Of a stretch of DNA of 64,000 nt, positions 50,730 through 63,289 are shown piece after piece. Each line of letters begins with the position of its first letter. Positions within the stretch are counted from its first letter, which is position 1. The notes beneath the pieces were generated by a model. The model was not told the DNA's origin. It saw only the letters and a program-made list of their open reading frames with translations, and searched no databases. The stretch spans positions 29,698,001 through 29,762,000 of the forward strand of contig CM059448.1 of the NCBI GenBank assembly GCA_030390025.1, written 5' to 3'. The translations under genes and the position numbers were made by a program. The stretch comes from Squalus acanthias. Lineage: Eukaryota.

Positions 50730-53700
50730 AAACCAGGCACTCTGTCTTTGTGTAAGGAGCAGGGTTAGATAGACCAGGCACTCTGTCCCTGTGTGAGGAG
50801 CGGGGTTAGATAGACCAGGCCCTCTGTCCCTGTGTGTGAGGAGCAGGGTTAGATAGACCAGGCACTCTGTCCCTGTGTGAAGAGCAGAGTTAGATAGACC
50901 AGGCACTCTGTCCCTGTCTGTGAGGAGCCGGGTTAGATAGACCAGGCATTCTGTCCCTGTGTGTGAGGAGCAGTGTTAGATAGACCAGGCATTCTGTCCC
51001 TGTGTGTGAGGAGCAGGGTTAGATAGACCAGGCCCACTGTCCCTGAGTGTGAGGAGTAGTGTTAGATAGACCAGGCACTCTGTCCCTGTGTGAGGAGCAG
51101 GGTTAGATAGACCAGACATTCTGTCCCTGTGTGAGGAGCAGTGTTAGATAGACCAGGCATTCTGTCCCTGTGTGAGGAGCAGTGTTAGATAGACCAGGCA
51201 TTCTGTCCCTGTGTGTGAGGAGCAGTGTTAGATAGACCAGGCACTCTGTCCCTGTGTGTGAGGATCAGGGTTAGATAGACCAGGCATTCTGTCCCTGTGT
51301 GTGAGGAGCAGGGTTAGATAGACCAGGCACTCTGTCCCTGTGTGAAGTGCAGGGTTAGATAGACCAGGCACTGTGTCCCTGTGTGTGAGGAGCAGGGTTA
51401 GATAGACCAGGCATTCTGTCCCTGTGTGAAGAGCAGTGTTAGATAGACCAGGCACTCTGTCCCTGTGTGTGAGGAGCAGGGTTAGATAGACCAGGCACTC
51501 TGTCCCTGTGTGTGAGGAGCAGGGTTAGATAGACCAGGCATTCTGTCCCTGTGTGAAGAGCAGTGTTAGATAGACCAGGCACTCTGTCCCTGTCTGTGAG
51601 GAGCAGGGTTAGATAGACCAGGCATTCTGTCCCTGTGTGAAGAGCAGTGTTAGATAGACCAGGCACTCTGTCCCTGTGTGTGAGTAGCGGGGTTAGATAG
51701 ACCAGGCACTCTGTCCCTGTGTGTGAGGAGCAGGGTTAGATAGACCAGGCACTGTGTCCCTGTGTGAGAGGAGCAGGGTTAGATAGACCAGGCACACTGT
51801 CCCTGTGTGAGAGGAGCAGGGTTAGATAGACCAGGCACACTGTCCCTGTGTGAGGAGCGGGGTTAGATAGACCAGGCCCTCTGTCCCTGTGAGAGAAGCA
51901 GGGTTAGATAGACCAGGCACACTGTCCCTGTGTGAGAGGAGCAGGGTTAGATAGACCAGGCACACTGTCCCTGTGTGAGGAGCGGGGTTAGATAGACCAG
52001 GCCCTCTGTCCCTGTGAGAGGAGCAGGGTTAGATAGACCAGTCACACTGTCCCTGTGTGTGAGGATCAGGGTTAGATAGACCAGGCACTCTGTCCCTGTG
52101 TGTGAGGAGCAGGGTTAGATAGACCAGGCATTCTGTCCCTGTGTGTGAGGAGCAGGGTTAGATAGACCAGGCATTCTCTCCCTGTGTGTGAGGAGCGGGG
52201 TTAGATAGACCAGGCCCTCTGTCCCTGTGTGTGAGGAGCAGGGTTAGATAGACCAGGCACTCTGTCACTGTGTGTGAGGAGCAGGGTTAGATAGACCAGG
52301 CACTCTGTCCCTGTGTGTGAGGAGCAGGGTTAGATAGACCAGGCACTCTGTCCCTGTGTGTGAGGAGCAGGGTTAGATAGACCAGGCATTCTGTCCCTGT
52401 GTGTGAGGAGCAGGGTTAGATAGACCAGGCATTCTCTCCCTGTGTGTGAGGAGCGGGGTTAGATAGACCAGGCATTCTGTCCCCGTGTGAGAGGAGCAGG
52501 GTTAGATAGACCAGTCACACTGTCCCTGTGTGTGAGGAGCGGGGTTAGATAGACCAGGCACTGTCTCCCTGTGTGAGGAGCAGGGTTAGATAGACCAGGC
52601 ACTCTGTCCCTGTGTGAGGAGCAGGGTTAGATAGACCAGGCACTCTGTCCCTGTGTGTGAGGATCAGGGTTAGATAGACCAGGCACTCTGTCCCTGTGTG
52701 TGAGGAGCAGGGTTAGATAGACCAGGCACTCTGTCCCTGTGTGAGAGGAGCAGGGTTAGATAGACCAGGCACACTGTCCCTGTGTGAGAGGAGCAGGGTT
52801 AGATAGACCAGGCACACTGTCCCTGTGTGAGGAGCGGGGTTAGATAGACCAGGCCCTCTGTCCCTGTGAGAGAAGCAGGGTTAGATAGACCAGGCACACT
52901 GTCCCTGTGTGAGAGGAGCAGGGTTAGATAGACCAGGCACACTGTCCCTGTGTGAGGAGCGGGTTAGATAGACCAGGCCCTCTGTCCCTGTGAGAGGAGC
53001 AGGGTTAGATAGACCAGTCACACTGTCCCTGTGTGTGAGGATCAGGGTTAGATAGACCAGGCACTCTGTCCCTGTGTGTGAGGAGCAGGGTTAGATAGAC
53101 CAGGCACTCTGTCCCTGTGTGTGAGGAGCAGGGTTAGATAGACCAGGCATTCTCTCCCTGTGTGTGAGGAGCAGGGTTAGATAGACCAGGCACTCTGTCC
53201 CTGTGTGTGAGGAGCAGGGTTAGATAGACCAGGCACTCTGTCCCTGTGAAAGGAGCCGGGTTTGATAGACCAGACACTCTGTCCCTGTGTGTGAGGAGCA
53301 GGGTTAGATAGACCAGGCACTCTGTCCCTGTGTGAGGAGCAGGGTTAGATAGACCAGGCACACTGTCCCTGTGTGTGAGGAGCAGGGTTAGATTGACCAG
53401 GCCCTCTGTCCCTATGTGTGAGGAGCAGGGTTAGATAGACCAGGCACACTGTCCCTGTGTGTGAGGAGCGGGGTTAGATAGACCAGGCACACTGTCCCTG
53501 TGTGTGAGGAGCGGGGTTAGATAGACCAGGCATTCTGTCCCTGTGTGTGAGGATCAGGGTTAGATAGACCAGGCATTGTCCCTGTGTGTGAGGAGCAGGG
53601 TTAGATAGACCAGTCACACTGTCCCTGTGTGAGGAGCAGGGTTCGATAGACCAGGCATTCTGTCCCTGTGTGTGAGGAGCAGGGTTAGATAGACCAGACA

Positions 53701-53828
53701 CTCTGTCCCTGTGTGAGGAGCAGGGTTAGATAGACCAGGCCCTCTGTCCCTGTGTGTGAGAGCAGGGTTAGATAGACCAGACACTCTGTCCCTGTGTGTG
53801 AGGAGCAGGGTTAGATAGACCAGGCACA
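50730..53828 (+). repeat. Minisatellite, 41/43-bp unit, about 73 copies
   Basis: Unit gtccct(gt)ngaggagcagggttagatagaccaggcactct; the embedded GT run gives +/-2 bp variants. Confidence 0.97.
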
Positions 53829-54237
53829 GATAGAAGGAGCATGATGTCTGGGACAAGAACTATAGGAAACTTATCCCTTTTACTTTCCAGCCTGCTGGTT
53901 GGTTTGTAGCTAATTTTTCATGTCATTGGTTTGTTTGGAACTCTGCTGCTCTTGAGTGCACAGCCACTGCACATGTCCAGAATTATCTCTCTCCCTTGTA
54001 CAGATAATAATACACGAAGGCTGTGTCCAGGTCAGCCATGTATCTCCACAAATGGCGTTGACCAGAGACACCGGTGGGCTAGGCTTTGCCGTTCATGCCT
54101 CAGGAGCAGTGCGGTGTTTCAACGGGTAATTGGCTTCAGCTCTTCCTTTTCAAACAGCTGGTATAAGTGGCTTTGAGAAGCCTATGGTTAAATGCCTCCT
54201 GCTACCCCAGCTAGGAATCACGGGAGGAAGCAAGAAG

Positions 54238-55140
54238 CTTCCGGGGCTAAAAAGGTTAAATTATGGGAGCAGGTTGCATAGACTGGACCTGTATTCCCTT
54301 GAGTATACATAAGAACATAAGAAATAGAAGTAGGAGTAGGCCATTCGGCCCCTCTAGCCTGCTCCGCCATTCAATAAGATCATGGCTGCTCTTCTACCTC
54401 AACTCCACTTTCCTGCACTACCCCCATATCCCTTGATTCCCTTAATACCCAAAAATCTATCGATCGCTGTCTTGAATATACTCAATAACTGAGCCTCCAC
54501 AGCCCTCTGGGGTAGAGAATTCCAAAGATTCACCACCCTCTGAGTGAAGAAATTTCTCCTCATCTCAGTCCTAAATAGTCGACCCCTTATTCTGAGACTG
54601 TGACCCCTGGTTCTGGACTCCCCAGCCAGGGGAAACATCCTCCCTGCATCTACCCTGTCAAGCCCTGTAAGAATTTTGTATGTTTCCCTGAGATCACCTC
54701 TCATTCTTCTAAACTCTAGAGAATATCGGCCTCGTCTACTCAATCTCTCCTCATAGGACATAGGACAAGATTAAGGGGTGAGATAATTGAGCTGTTTAAG
54801 ATGATTAAAGGGTTTGATGGGGTAGATTAGATGGAAAGTATTTCCTCTGGTGGAGGAGTCCAGAACAAGGGGGCATATCCTTAAAATTAGAGCTAGGAGG
54901 TTCAGGGCTGATGATCAGGAAGCATTTCTTCACACAAAGGGTAGTGGAAATCTGGAACTCTCTTCTCCCAAAGCTGTCAAGGCTAGGTCAATTGAAAATT
55001 TCAAAACTGAAATTGATTGATTTTTGTTAGGCAAGGGAACCAAGGCGGGTAAATGGACTGAAGATACAGATCAGCCATGATTTAATTGAATGGGGGAACA
55101 GGCTCAAGCGGCTGAATGGCCGACTCCTGTTCCTATGTTT
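54238..55140 (+). mobile_element. CR1 3' fragment (host) with a nested antisense CR1
   Basis: PGLKRLNYGSRLHRLDLYSLEY | aagattaaggggtgag.. resumes at ~54768, colinear with 57950-58370; tail ggctgaatggccgactcctgttcctatg. Confidence 0.85.
54308..54767 (-). mobile_element. Young CR1/HER1-type 3' fragment, antisense, nested
   Basis: Open C-terminal ORF SYEERLSRRGRYSLEFRRMRGDL..NFFTQRVVNLWNSLP; tail cataagaacataagaaatag; closely similar to 29870-30320. Confidence 0.92.
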
Positions 55141-55689
55141 CTTCCTAAGCTCAAATGCAAACAGTTAAGTTATTAAAAGCGGTGGATACTGAATCTTTTT
55201 CTTCACGAGATGATAAGTGTTTTTGTCAGGGGGAGAGAAGGGGAAGATAATAACACTGAAGGATCTTCCTTTTCCCCAAAAAATAATCTGGTGAATAGGT
55301 AGCTCCCACAACTCCGGCCTGTGGGCGACGTTTGATATTTTAATACGATTGCCACAGTTCTCTCGAGCTGTGATTCCGGCCTCGAGCACGTCAGCTGCAG
55401 GCTGCTCAGGTCAGGGTCAATCGTGCCTGGCTGTCGGTGTCATTCTTTTCAGTCACTCGGGGAAGTGTGAGAGGCACAAGGCTGATTTTTTTTTTTGAGC
55501 CTCTGTTACTTGCAACCAAATGTCACAAATCGCATAACCTCAGTAGTGAAGGGCCCCCAGTCGAAAGATCTTTGGCTATCTGCAGTAAGCTTGCAATCCA
55601 TTGGGTGGAGCTGGCTTATTCACAGCAGAGATGGCTCACACAGAATTGACAGGTTATCTTCTTTGTTTGCTGATGGCTCATTTGGAAAA

Positions 55690-56045
55690 ATCAACACAGT
55701 GCAGAAGGTCCCAGCTTCAATCACCGCTCTCTGCTGAGTTAGCTGAGCACCATCGGGTGGCAATGAAGGTTGCAAGTGATCTTAATGCCGCTAAGGAAGG
55801 AAAAATTCAGCCAGGGTTTCCACCCTTAATTACCATCTAGTGACCCCTACGGATGTTGGATGAAGATGAACTTGGCTTGGCAATGACAACCCCACACCCC
55901 CTTACACAGTTGAATAGCCTGCTGACACTCACTATCTGGACTCGCACATAAAGAATGAGGTTCCAGACGCACCCAAGCAATTGCATCCCAGCAATGAGTT
56001 AACGCCTTCAGGACAGGAGGGGAGAAATTGGAAGGAAGAAGCAAA
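55690..56045 (+). mobile_element. Family B SINE-like copy
   Basis: Head gcagaaggtcccagcttcaatc..ctgagttagctgag; body ggaaggaaaaattcagccaggg..ccatctagtgaccc..gttgaatagcctgctgacactcac..ggaggggagaaattgg. Confidence 0.55.
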
Positions 56046-56899
56046 CAGTCTGCTTGAATTGACTTGGAGCTCTCTTCCACTTCACCTCACTGAAGGGTAA
56101 TCGGGTTTACTTCCAATCTGAGTTAACCGCTAGGCCTTGAGGTTAGCTGCAATCAGCAGGAGCCCGACTCGGTTAAATTATATTCTGTCATATTGGAGTA
56201 TCACCAGAAGCACAGAACCCATTCATATGAAGAAATTTGTTGTTCTTAAAGTTGCACGAGAGCCTAAATGGCTGAAATCAAACAGACTGTGGCCAAGTGG
56301 TGTGTAATATAGAATAATTGCAGCTCCTCCAGGTCTTCCTCAAACTGCTAGTGGGTGTATGCTGCATTCCACAACCACAGCAGGCACATTGACCCAGGGC
56401 TTCACTGCTACTAATGGCTAGGGAAAATAGATTGGTGAGAAATGTTCAGCTTGGACCTCTTTGCTGTACTGGCAGAGCAAAGGAAGGGTGCAGTCCAGCA
56501 ACCATATACTGATGTACAATCGCTTACAAATGGTAAATCTGGGGAGGTGTGGTCTCATGTGGAGTGGCGCTGTGGGTGTCAGCAGGCTGAGATGGGTGAA
56601 CTAGTGCTAAGACTAGTCGTTGATGGTGCACTCTGGTTGGGTGGGGCAGTACTTCAGCACACGATCGGCACATTTAACACTTTGTCAGAATAATAATTAT
56701 ATTGGAGCATCTTCCTCAGGACATAGAGAGGATGCAGTCCAACAGGTTGTTCCTATGTATCCAACAGATTTCCCCGCCTTGTGTGTTTACACCAAGTATG
56801 AACTGAAATTAGCATTACAGGTAAAAGCAGCAGCTTGATGGTTCATTGGGTAAATGCGTTGCCAGCTGTCTCCCACTCTGCACTCTTGACAGTCACTGG

Positions 56900-58370
56900 C
56901 TGAAGTAGGTGAGGAAATGGTAGATGCTCTAGTCGTGATCTTTCAAAACGCGCTCGATTCAGGAATTGTCCCCATGGATTGAAACGTTGCCAGTCACCCC
57001 ACCACTAGAGAAGGGCAAGAGAGAGAAACTAGGAAATTATAGGTCTATTAGTCGAATGTCTGTTGTGGGGAAGTTACTAGCATCTATTATTAGGGACAGA
57101 GTGACTGAGCACTCGGACAAATACGAGCTGATCCGAGAGAGCCAGCACGGATTAGTAAAAGATAATTCACGTCAAATGACTCTAGTTGAAATTTTTGAGG
57201 TGGTGTGTGTCTCTGGATGTTATTTATATGGACTTCCAGAAGGCATTCAACAAGGTCCCACACGAGACGGTTAACAAAAATGAGAGTATATGGAATTGGA
57301 GACAACCTATTGACTTGGATAGGGAATTGTTTAGGAGGTAGGAGACAGAGAATAGGGATAATGGGTATGTACTCCAGTTGGCAGAATGTGACTAGTGGTG
57401 TCCCTCAGGGACCTGTACTCGCACCTCAGTTTTTCCACGATATTTATAAATGACTTAGATGAAGGAATAGAGAGCCATTTTTCCAAGTTTCCTGACAACA
57501 CCAAGTTAGGTGGCACAGGAAATAGTGTAGATGTGAGCAGAAAGTTGCACAGAAACATTGATAGATTGAGTGAGTGGGCAAAACTGTGGCAGAAGGAGTT
57601 CAATGTGGGGAAGTGAGGCCATCCACTTTGGACACAAAAAAGGTAGATCAGAATATTTTCTAAATGGCGAGAAGCTAGGAACTGTGGTGGAGCAGAGAGA
57701 TTTAGGGGCCCAAGTGCAGAAATCACTAAAAGCTAGTGGACAGGTTCAAAAAATAATTATAAAGGCTAATGGAATGTTGGCCTTTAACTCAAGGGAGCTG
57801 GCATACAAAGGGGTGGAAGTTATACTGCAGCTGTGCAGAGCTCTGGTTAGACCACATTTAGAGTACTGTGTTCAGTTCAGGCCACTGCATCTCAGGAAGG
57901 ATATATTGGCCTTGGAGGGGGTGCAGTGCAGTTTCACCAGAATGATACCGGGACTAAAAGAGTTAAATTATGAGGACAGATTAATAGATTAGGCTTCTGT
58001 TCCCTTGAGTATAGAAGATTAAGGGGTGAGCTAATTGAGGTGTTTAAGATGATCAAAGGATTTGATGGGGTAGATAGAGAGAAACTATTTCCTCTGGTGG
58101 GGGTGGGGGAGTCCAGAACACGGGGTCATAACCTTAAAATTAGAGCTAGGCCATTCAAGGGTGATGTCAGGAAGCACTTCTTCACACAAGGGGCAGTGGA
58201 AATCTGGAAAACTCTCCCACAAAAAGCTGTTGAGGGTCAATTGAAAATGTCAAAACTGAGTGATTTTTGTTAGACAAGGGTATTAAGGGTTACAGAACTA
58301 AGGCGGGTAGATGATCTAATCGAATGGCAAAATAGGCTCGAGGGACTGAATGGCCTACTCCTGTTCCTAT
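56900..58370 (+). mobile_element. CR1 LINE RT-to-3' fragment, decayed
   Basis: GNYRSISRMSVVGKLL..ESQHG..VTSGVPQGPVL..SKFPDNTKLGG..QRDLGAQVQKSLK..RPHLEYCVQF..KHFFTQ; tail gaatggcctactcctgttcctatg. Confidence 0.9.
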
Positions 58371-59349
58371 GGTCAACTTCCCACCGTCCCCTACTGAAGT
58401 CACTTTCTACACCTCGCTCCCTCAAGCCCGCTACTCCACGCTCTACCAGTCACTGGCTGCACTCTGCTCCCTAAAATTCCCCACATCACAGCCCCCTGCT
58501 CCACCCTCTGCCACTCACTGGCTGCTCCCCACCCTCTACGGTTCCCTGTGCCTCACTCCACGAGGTACTGAGAGTCGGCTGCACTGTGCAAACACTGTTC
58601 AGCTTGTAGCAAAGCTGCAACAAGCCTTTGATGAGAAGCCAAGAGGATCAGCACTGGCTGCATTCCAGCTACTTTAAATACTGTAGATGGGCTCTGTCCC
58701 TATGTTTGAAGCCAAGCACCCATACTACCCTCACAGCAAGTTCCACTCCATGACTCTTTCCCACTTTTTTTTTTAAAGTAAAGTTTTTAACAAATGTAGA
58801 AGCCTTTCTTTCCTGCGGGAGATCCCCTGCGCCATTCACCTCTGTTAGTTAGCTGGGGTTGTCTGTGGCCTCAGTCTCGTGTAAATGTTAATCACAGACT
58901 GCAGTCGCGAGTAACCCAGAAGGACCAGCAACAGGAGGTCAACAGAGACTATGATCCTTTCACTGTCATCATGAGAAGTTAAACATAGACCAAAGCAATC
59001 GGAGCTAGATCATCACAAGAAATGGGCAAATGTTACATTTTTTTGGGGGGTGGTGGTTATAAGAAAATTCACCACTGCTGATGGTTCTGCCCATCTTAAC
59101 GGGATTGCCGCCATACAGCTTCATCCGAGTTGAATGCCTTATCCTTAGATACGTAATCCACTGGCTTCCAGTTGCACTGCTGCAATTGCTCAGCTAGTCA
59201 AAGGTTCCTTACTAATTGGTACCCCAACCCTCCATAGCTTCTGCTTTCCTCCATGAGTTTTTTTGTTTCCATAACCTGTTAGCATCTGGTCACCAGCTGA
59301 TGGGAAAAGCAAGTTAATGTGCGTCCATCAGCCACACATCTTCAGCTGT

Positions 59350-59560
59350 TGAGCTGGAGCTGGGCTTCAGCAATCATTTCACCTTTGGAACCTGCGTTCA
59401 GTTCCAACCCCGACTGATGAGCTGAAATTCTGGCTTGCTGGGTGTGAGGAGTTTGGGCAGTCTAACTCAGTACTTCGTGGGCATGGCCCATAGCACAAAA
59501 CTGGCTCTTAACTTGGTGCCTACTGGGAATCTCAGTGAGGCCACAGGGTGGCCAGTGTAG
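59350..59560 (+). mobile_element. LF-SINE-like ancient SINE remnant
   Basis: tttcacctttggaacctgcgttcagttccaaccc..gagtttgggcagtctaactcagtacttcgtgggca..cacaaaactggc..ttggtgcc..tctcagtgaggcca resembles the recalled LF-SINE consensus order of motifs. Confidence 0.4.
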
Positions 59561-60567
59561 GAAACTGAGAAGTCACATTGCAGTAGAGCAGCGTGTCCAA
59601 GATTATATCTTCATGGCCCGCATAGGTGCATTGCATGGAGTCATGAGGGTCACATAGCTTTTAAATCCACATTCCCATGAATTTGTGTATACGTTCCGTT
59701 GTTGATTATAACGTATATTCTTGGTGTTCTGATTTGAGATTTGTCCGCTAATGAGGTAACAAAGCCAAAAACAATTTTTCCAAACCTCCAGGTCCACAAA
59801 ATTTCAGCAGGGCAAATAAGAAATAAAAAAGCAAATGGGACGAATTTATCTGGGCTTTGAGCACTGGAACATCAGGTTGTAAATCTGCTCTTTGGAGGTT
59901 GGGCCTGAAACATATAGTTGCTATAGTGTGGAGGGAGATCACTCTGCACCTAACCAGGCTGAATCTGAGTTGGAGTGCTTGAGGTTGACATTGGGTGCCT
60001 GAAATGGAAAGTGTTCTATTCCCTGGCACTGACCGCCCTCATCTTGAACACAAATTCACACAAAAAAAGTAATTAAAAAAAAAACTCAATGATTTCAATC
60101 CTTTTGGTAATTCTCACTCTGCAGCACACACTGGGCCTCACCAGGCAACACTAGGGTCCAGTGGTCGACATCTGCCCCTACGTGAAGTGGGTTTTTGTCC
60201 ATTTCTGTCATCTCCACTTGTGGGCTGCTACTTGTTTTGATAAATTGATTTCTGGGAAGCGTTTGCACTGGTTTCCAGCTGAACTGCTTTCTATAGCTAG
60301 CGAGCGAGCAAAGCGAATAATGGGAGAAAAGGCCCCGAGGGTCAGGTGTTCAGAGTAAATAAATGTTTAATGTGAAAGGAGAAGCTTAAGCCGTGGGATG
60401 AAAGGATGAGATGCGCCGTAGCGTGTTTGCGAAGGAGCAGTGCTTCAGGTGATCACCACCCTTGAGATGCATTGCTTTCAACTAGAGTGGAGAGGTCGTG
60501 ACCTCTTAGCAAAAAGTGTGTGACTGCCCCAGCAAGAAAGGGCAAGGAGCTGCAGCACGAGTCATGG

Positions 60568-60795
60568 GTTTAAAAGCAGAAAATGCTGGGCATAACATAG
60601 CCGGTCCCTCAACATCTGAAAGAGAAAAGGCAGGTTCCGATTTTAGCGGGGTGGGGGGGCCTTCGTCAGAATTCACCAGTTCCTATGAAGAGTGTCTCCC
60701 CCACCCCCTGAAACATTAACCGTATTTTTTTCTTTCAGATGATTAATGCCCTGCAATGCAATTTTTTTTTTTAATATCACATTTCCAACCGTCAT
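60568..60795. mobile_element. Old PLE family-2-like fold-back remnant
   Basis: aaaagcagaaaatgctgg..catctgaaagagaaaa..ccttcgtcagaa / agttcctatgaagag..cctgaaacattaac..tctttcagatg; decayed hammerhead cores on both strands. Confidence 0.5.
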
Positions 60796-63289
60796 TGTTT
60801 ATCTTATTCCTGGTTTTTTGCCTGTAGCAATTCAACCACAACTTCTTTTACTCCGGCATGACTGCTTGGCTGGGTGAGGTGACGCCAGTTAACACTCCTT
60901 TTACCCTCCGAGGCTAAAGGACTCGCACACAAACCGGCTGACCTGATCAGGATTTATTTGACAGGTGTTGAGCCATTACTATATGACTTACACATTCCCT
61001 GAGTTCAGCAGCGTAAACTGTGTGCGTCCCCACCATCTCTGAAGAATTGGGGGCGGGGGTGCGGAACCACTAGTAGAATAAAGATTTTAAAAGGCTTCTT
61101 GGATGTCCCAAGAAGGAGAGCGGAGTTTAATCTGCGTCTCAACCAATGTCACTCCAGCTCCTCCGGCAAAATTGTTCACACAAGCTCTTTGTCGAGGACT
61201 ATGTCTGTCAGCCTGGTGACCCCTGACCTTGAGGCTGCGGTTGCCCTGACTGGTATTCATGGTTCCAAGCAAGTCCTCCTTACAGTTTTCTTAATACCTC
61301 TCCTGACATGCATGAGCCAGAAGCACTGTTCAAGGTCACTGTGGTCTCTGAGCATTGGTCTCAACTGAAGCTCCCAGATCACAAAGAGCTAGATTTACTT
61401 TCAAGAAATCCTTCGGTGGGAAAGCTCCTCCCTCTGCCCCCGGAGTGAAGTCCTCCGTCATGGAAGGATTCGCCTCAGAGTTGACAACTATTAGATTCCA
61501 TACCCGACATTGCTGTTTGATCATTGGTTGGGTCATTGCTTTCTGCTTTGGCAGGTGCTCTGATGGCATTTGTGAATGGCCATGGCCATCTATGATGTGG
61601 CAACATCAATGACTCAGATCCTTTAGGGCCTTCTGATTGAGAAGTGGCAAGGGATGAGATACTGCCTCTGGAATTTGGACCTCAATATCTCCTGGGCAGA
61701 GCACCCTTGATGAATGGAATGGCCAAGAGCATCAATTTGGAGTGAGGAAATGCTGGACCTGCTGGAAGTCGTCACGTGCGCAGGCATTCCTGCCTTTGCC
61801 CGTTCACTATCTTTGCTGTCTGACTGATTCTGTTTGAAAGCCCTCAACAGTTTTTGTCAACTCCAGCCAAGGTGGATAACATTCATAGAGGAAAATTTTA
61901 CTTGGCGATTCCTAAGTGATATTCATGAAAGGAAGAGTCTTGTATCTCCAGGGGAAGGAATGCAAGAAGTCAGATGCTTGAGGGAGGAGAACGCACTTCC
62001 AGGGTATGTCACAGATAAGGATACGACCAGTCAAATATGCTGGGTGAAATTCATCTATCGGTAAATGGCTGTTGCTGGTACCACTCGAGCCCCCCTGTGA
62101 CAGCAACGTCCTGCTGGGCACGTACTATGCAGACTGTGAAACTTTCATCCTCCGTTGGGGCAAGATTGGGTTCCGCTGCTCAGAGTTTCCCGTTCCTTAG
62201 GCTGCGATCTTCCTCGGGGAAACTCGGGTGAAGTTGCTGGAAGTTGAAGAAAGGCTGTGGAATGTTCCTCAAAATGGAGGCAAAACAAGAAAGCTATCCC
62301 AGGAATTCCCCCTATGGGCAGCTAACTTGAAGCTCTCTAAATCAACTACCCCTCCAAGAAGGAGAGCGAGTGAAGGAGCAGCATAAGACTTCAGACTTTA
62401 CTGGACTCACTGTGGTAATAGCTAAGAAATGGATATCAATCACTCCTTTCCATTTCTAGGCCGACCAGCAAAAAGGATGAGACTCTAACACGTATGATAG
62501 TTCAAAATCATCTTACTTTTAAGGAATTATTCTGCTGCAGCAAAGAGTTGCCTTATTAGCTCATAATCTAGCAGTTCTGTGAAGTTGAGAGCAGATTATA
62601 TTACACTAGGGAAGTTGGAGATCTTGTGAAATTCTGTCCTTCTCAATATGTTGTGCCTCAGCACTCAAGGTTGCATTCAGTTGGATAAACTCATGAACAA
62701 ATTAAAAGGTATAACTGAAAATCTACAAAGCTCATTCATGGGTAACTGCATATAAATCTACTTATGTAACTGTGTCTCTCGATGCTGTTGGATTGCGGAG
62801 TGCTGTGTGTCACCGTATCTCTGGGCGCTGTTGGATTGCAGAGTGCATTCACTTTCAGTAACAATGCTGCAAGTGACTCTGGTAGGCGACCAGTGCCCCC
62901 TGCAGTACAGTAGGTTCTCTGCTACCTGTTTGTTTCAGTATAGTTTAAACTTAAGTAATCACAGAGTATGTATGTGTGTACTTCAGAAAGATTTGGTCAG
63001 CTGGATCTTAGCAAAAGTACAAGGGAACAGCAGTCCACATCATCTATCCAAGATGCCATTGGGTGCTTTGAACATTTACAGATTAAAGAGCGGGAGGATA
63101 GAAAGAGAGAGAAAATTACATTCAAGAACATTTGAGCCTGACAAAATTCAAGACTCAGGCAAAATTATTTGTGAGAATTTGCAACAATTGATTTTTTTTT
63201 TAAACTTCTGGGACACAAACCCTTGACACTAACACTCCGATATATGGATCCCCTCAGTGACCCCTTTTTTGTCATAAACCCACCAGGGC

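Noticed and set aside
59414-59430. ctgatgagctgaaa as a hammerhead core
   Set aside because: No room for stem II and no stem I pairing; lies within a SINE-like remnant.
61080-62260. Unique stretch with several short ORFs, possibly a decayed coding sequence
   Set aside because: No continuous frame or identifiable motif on either strand.
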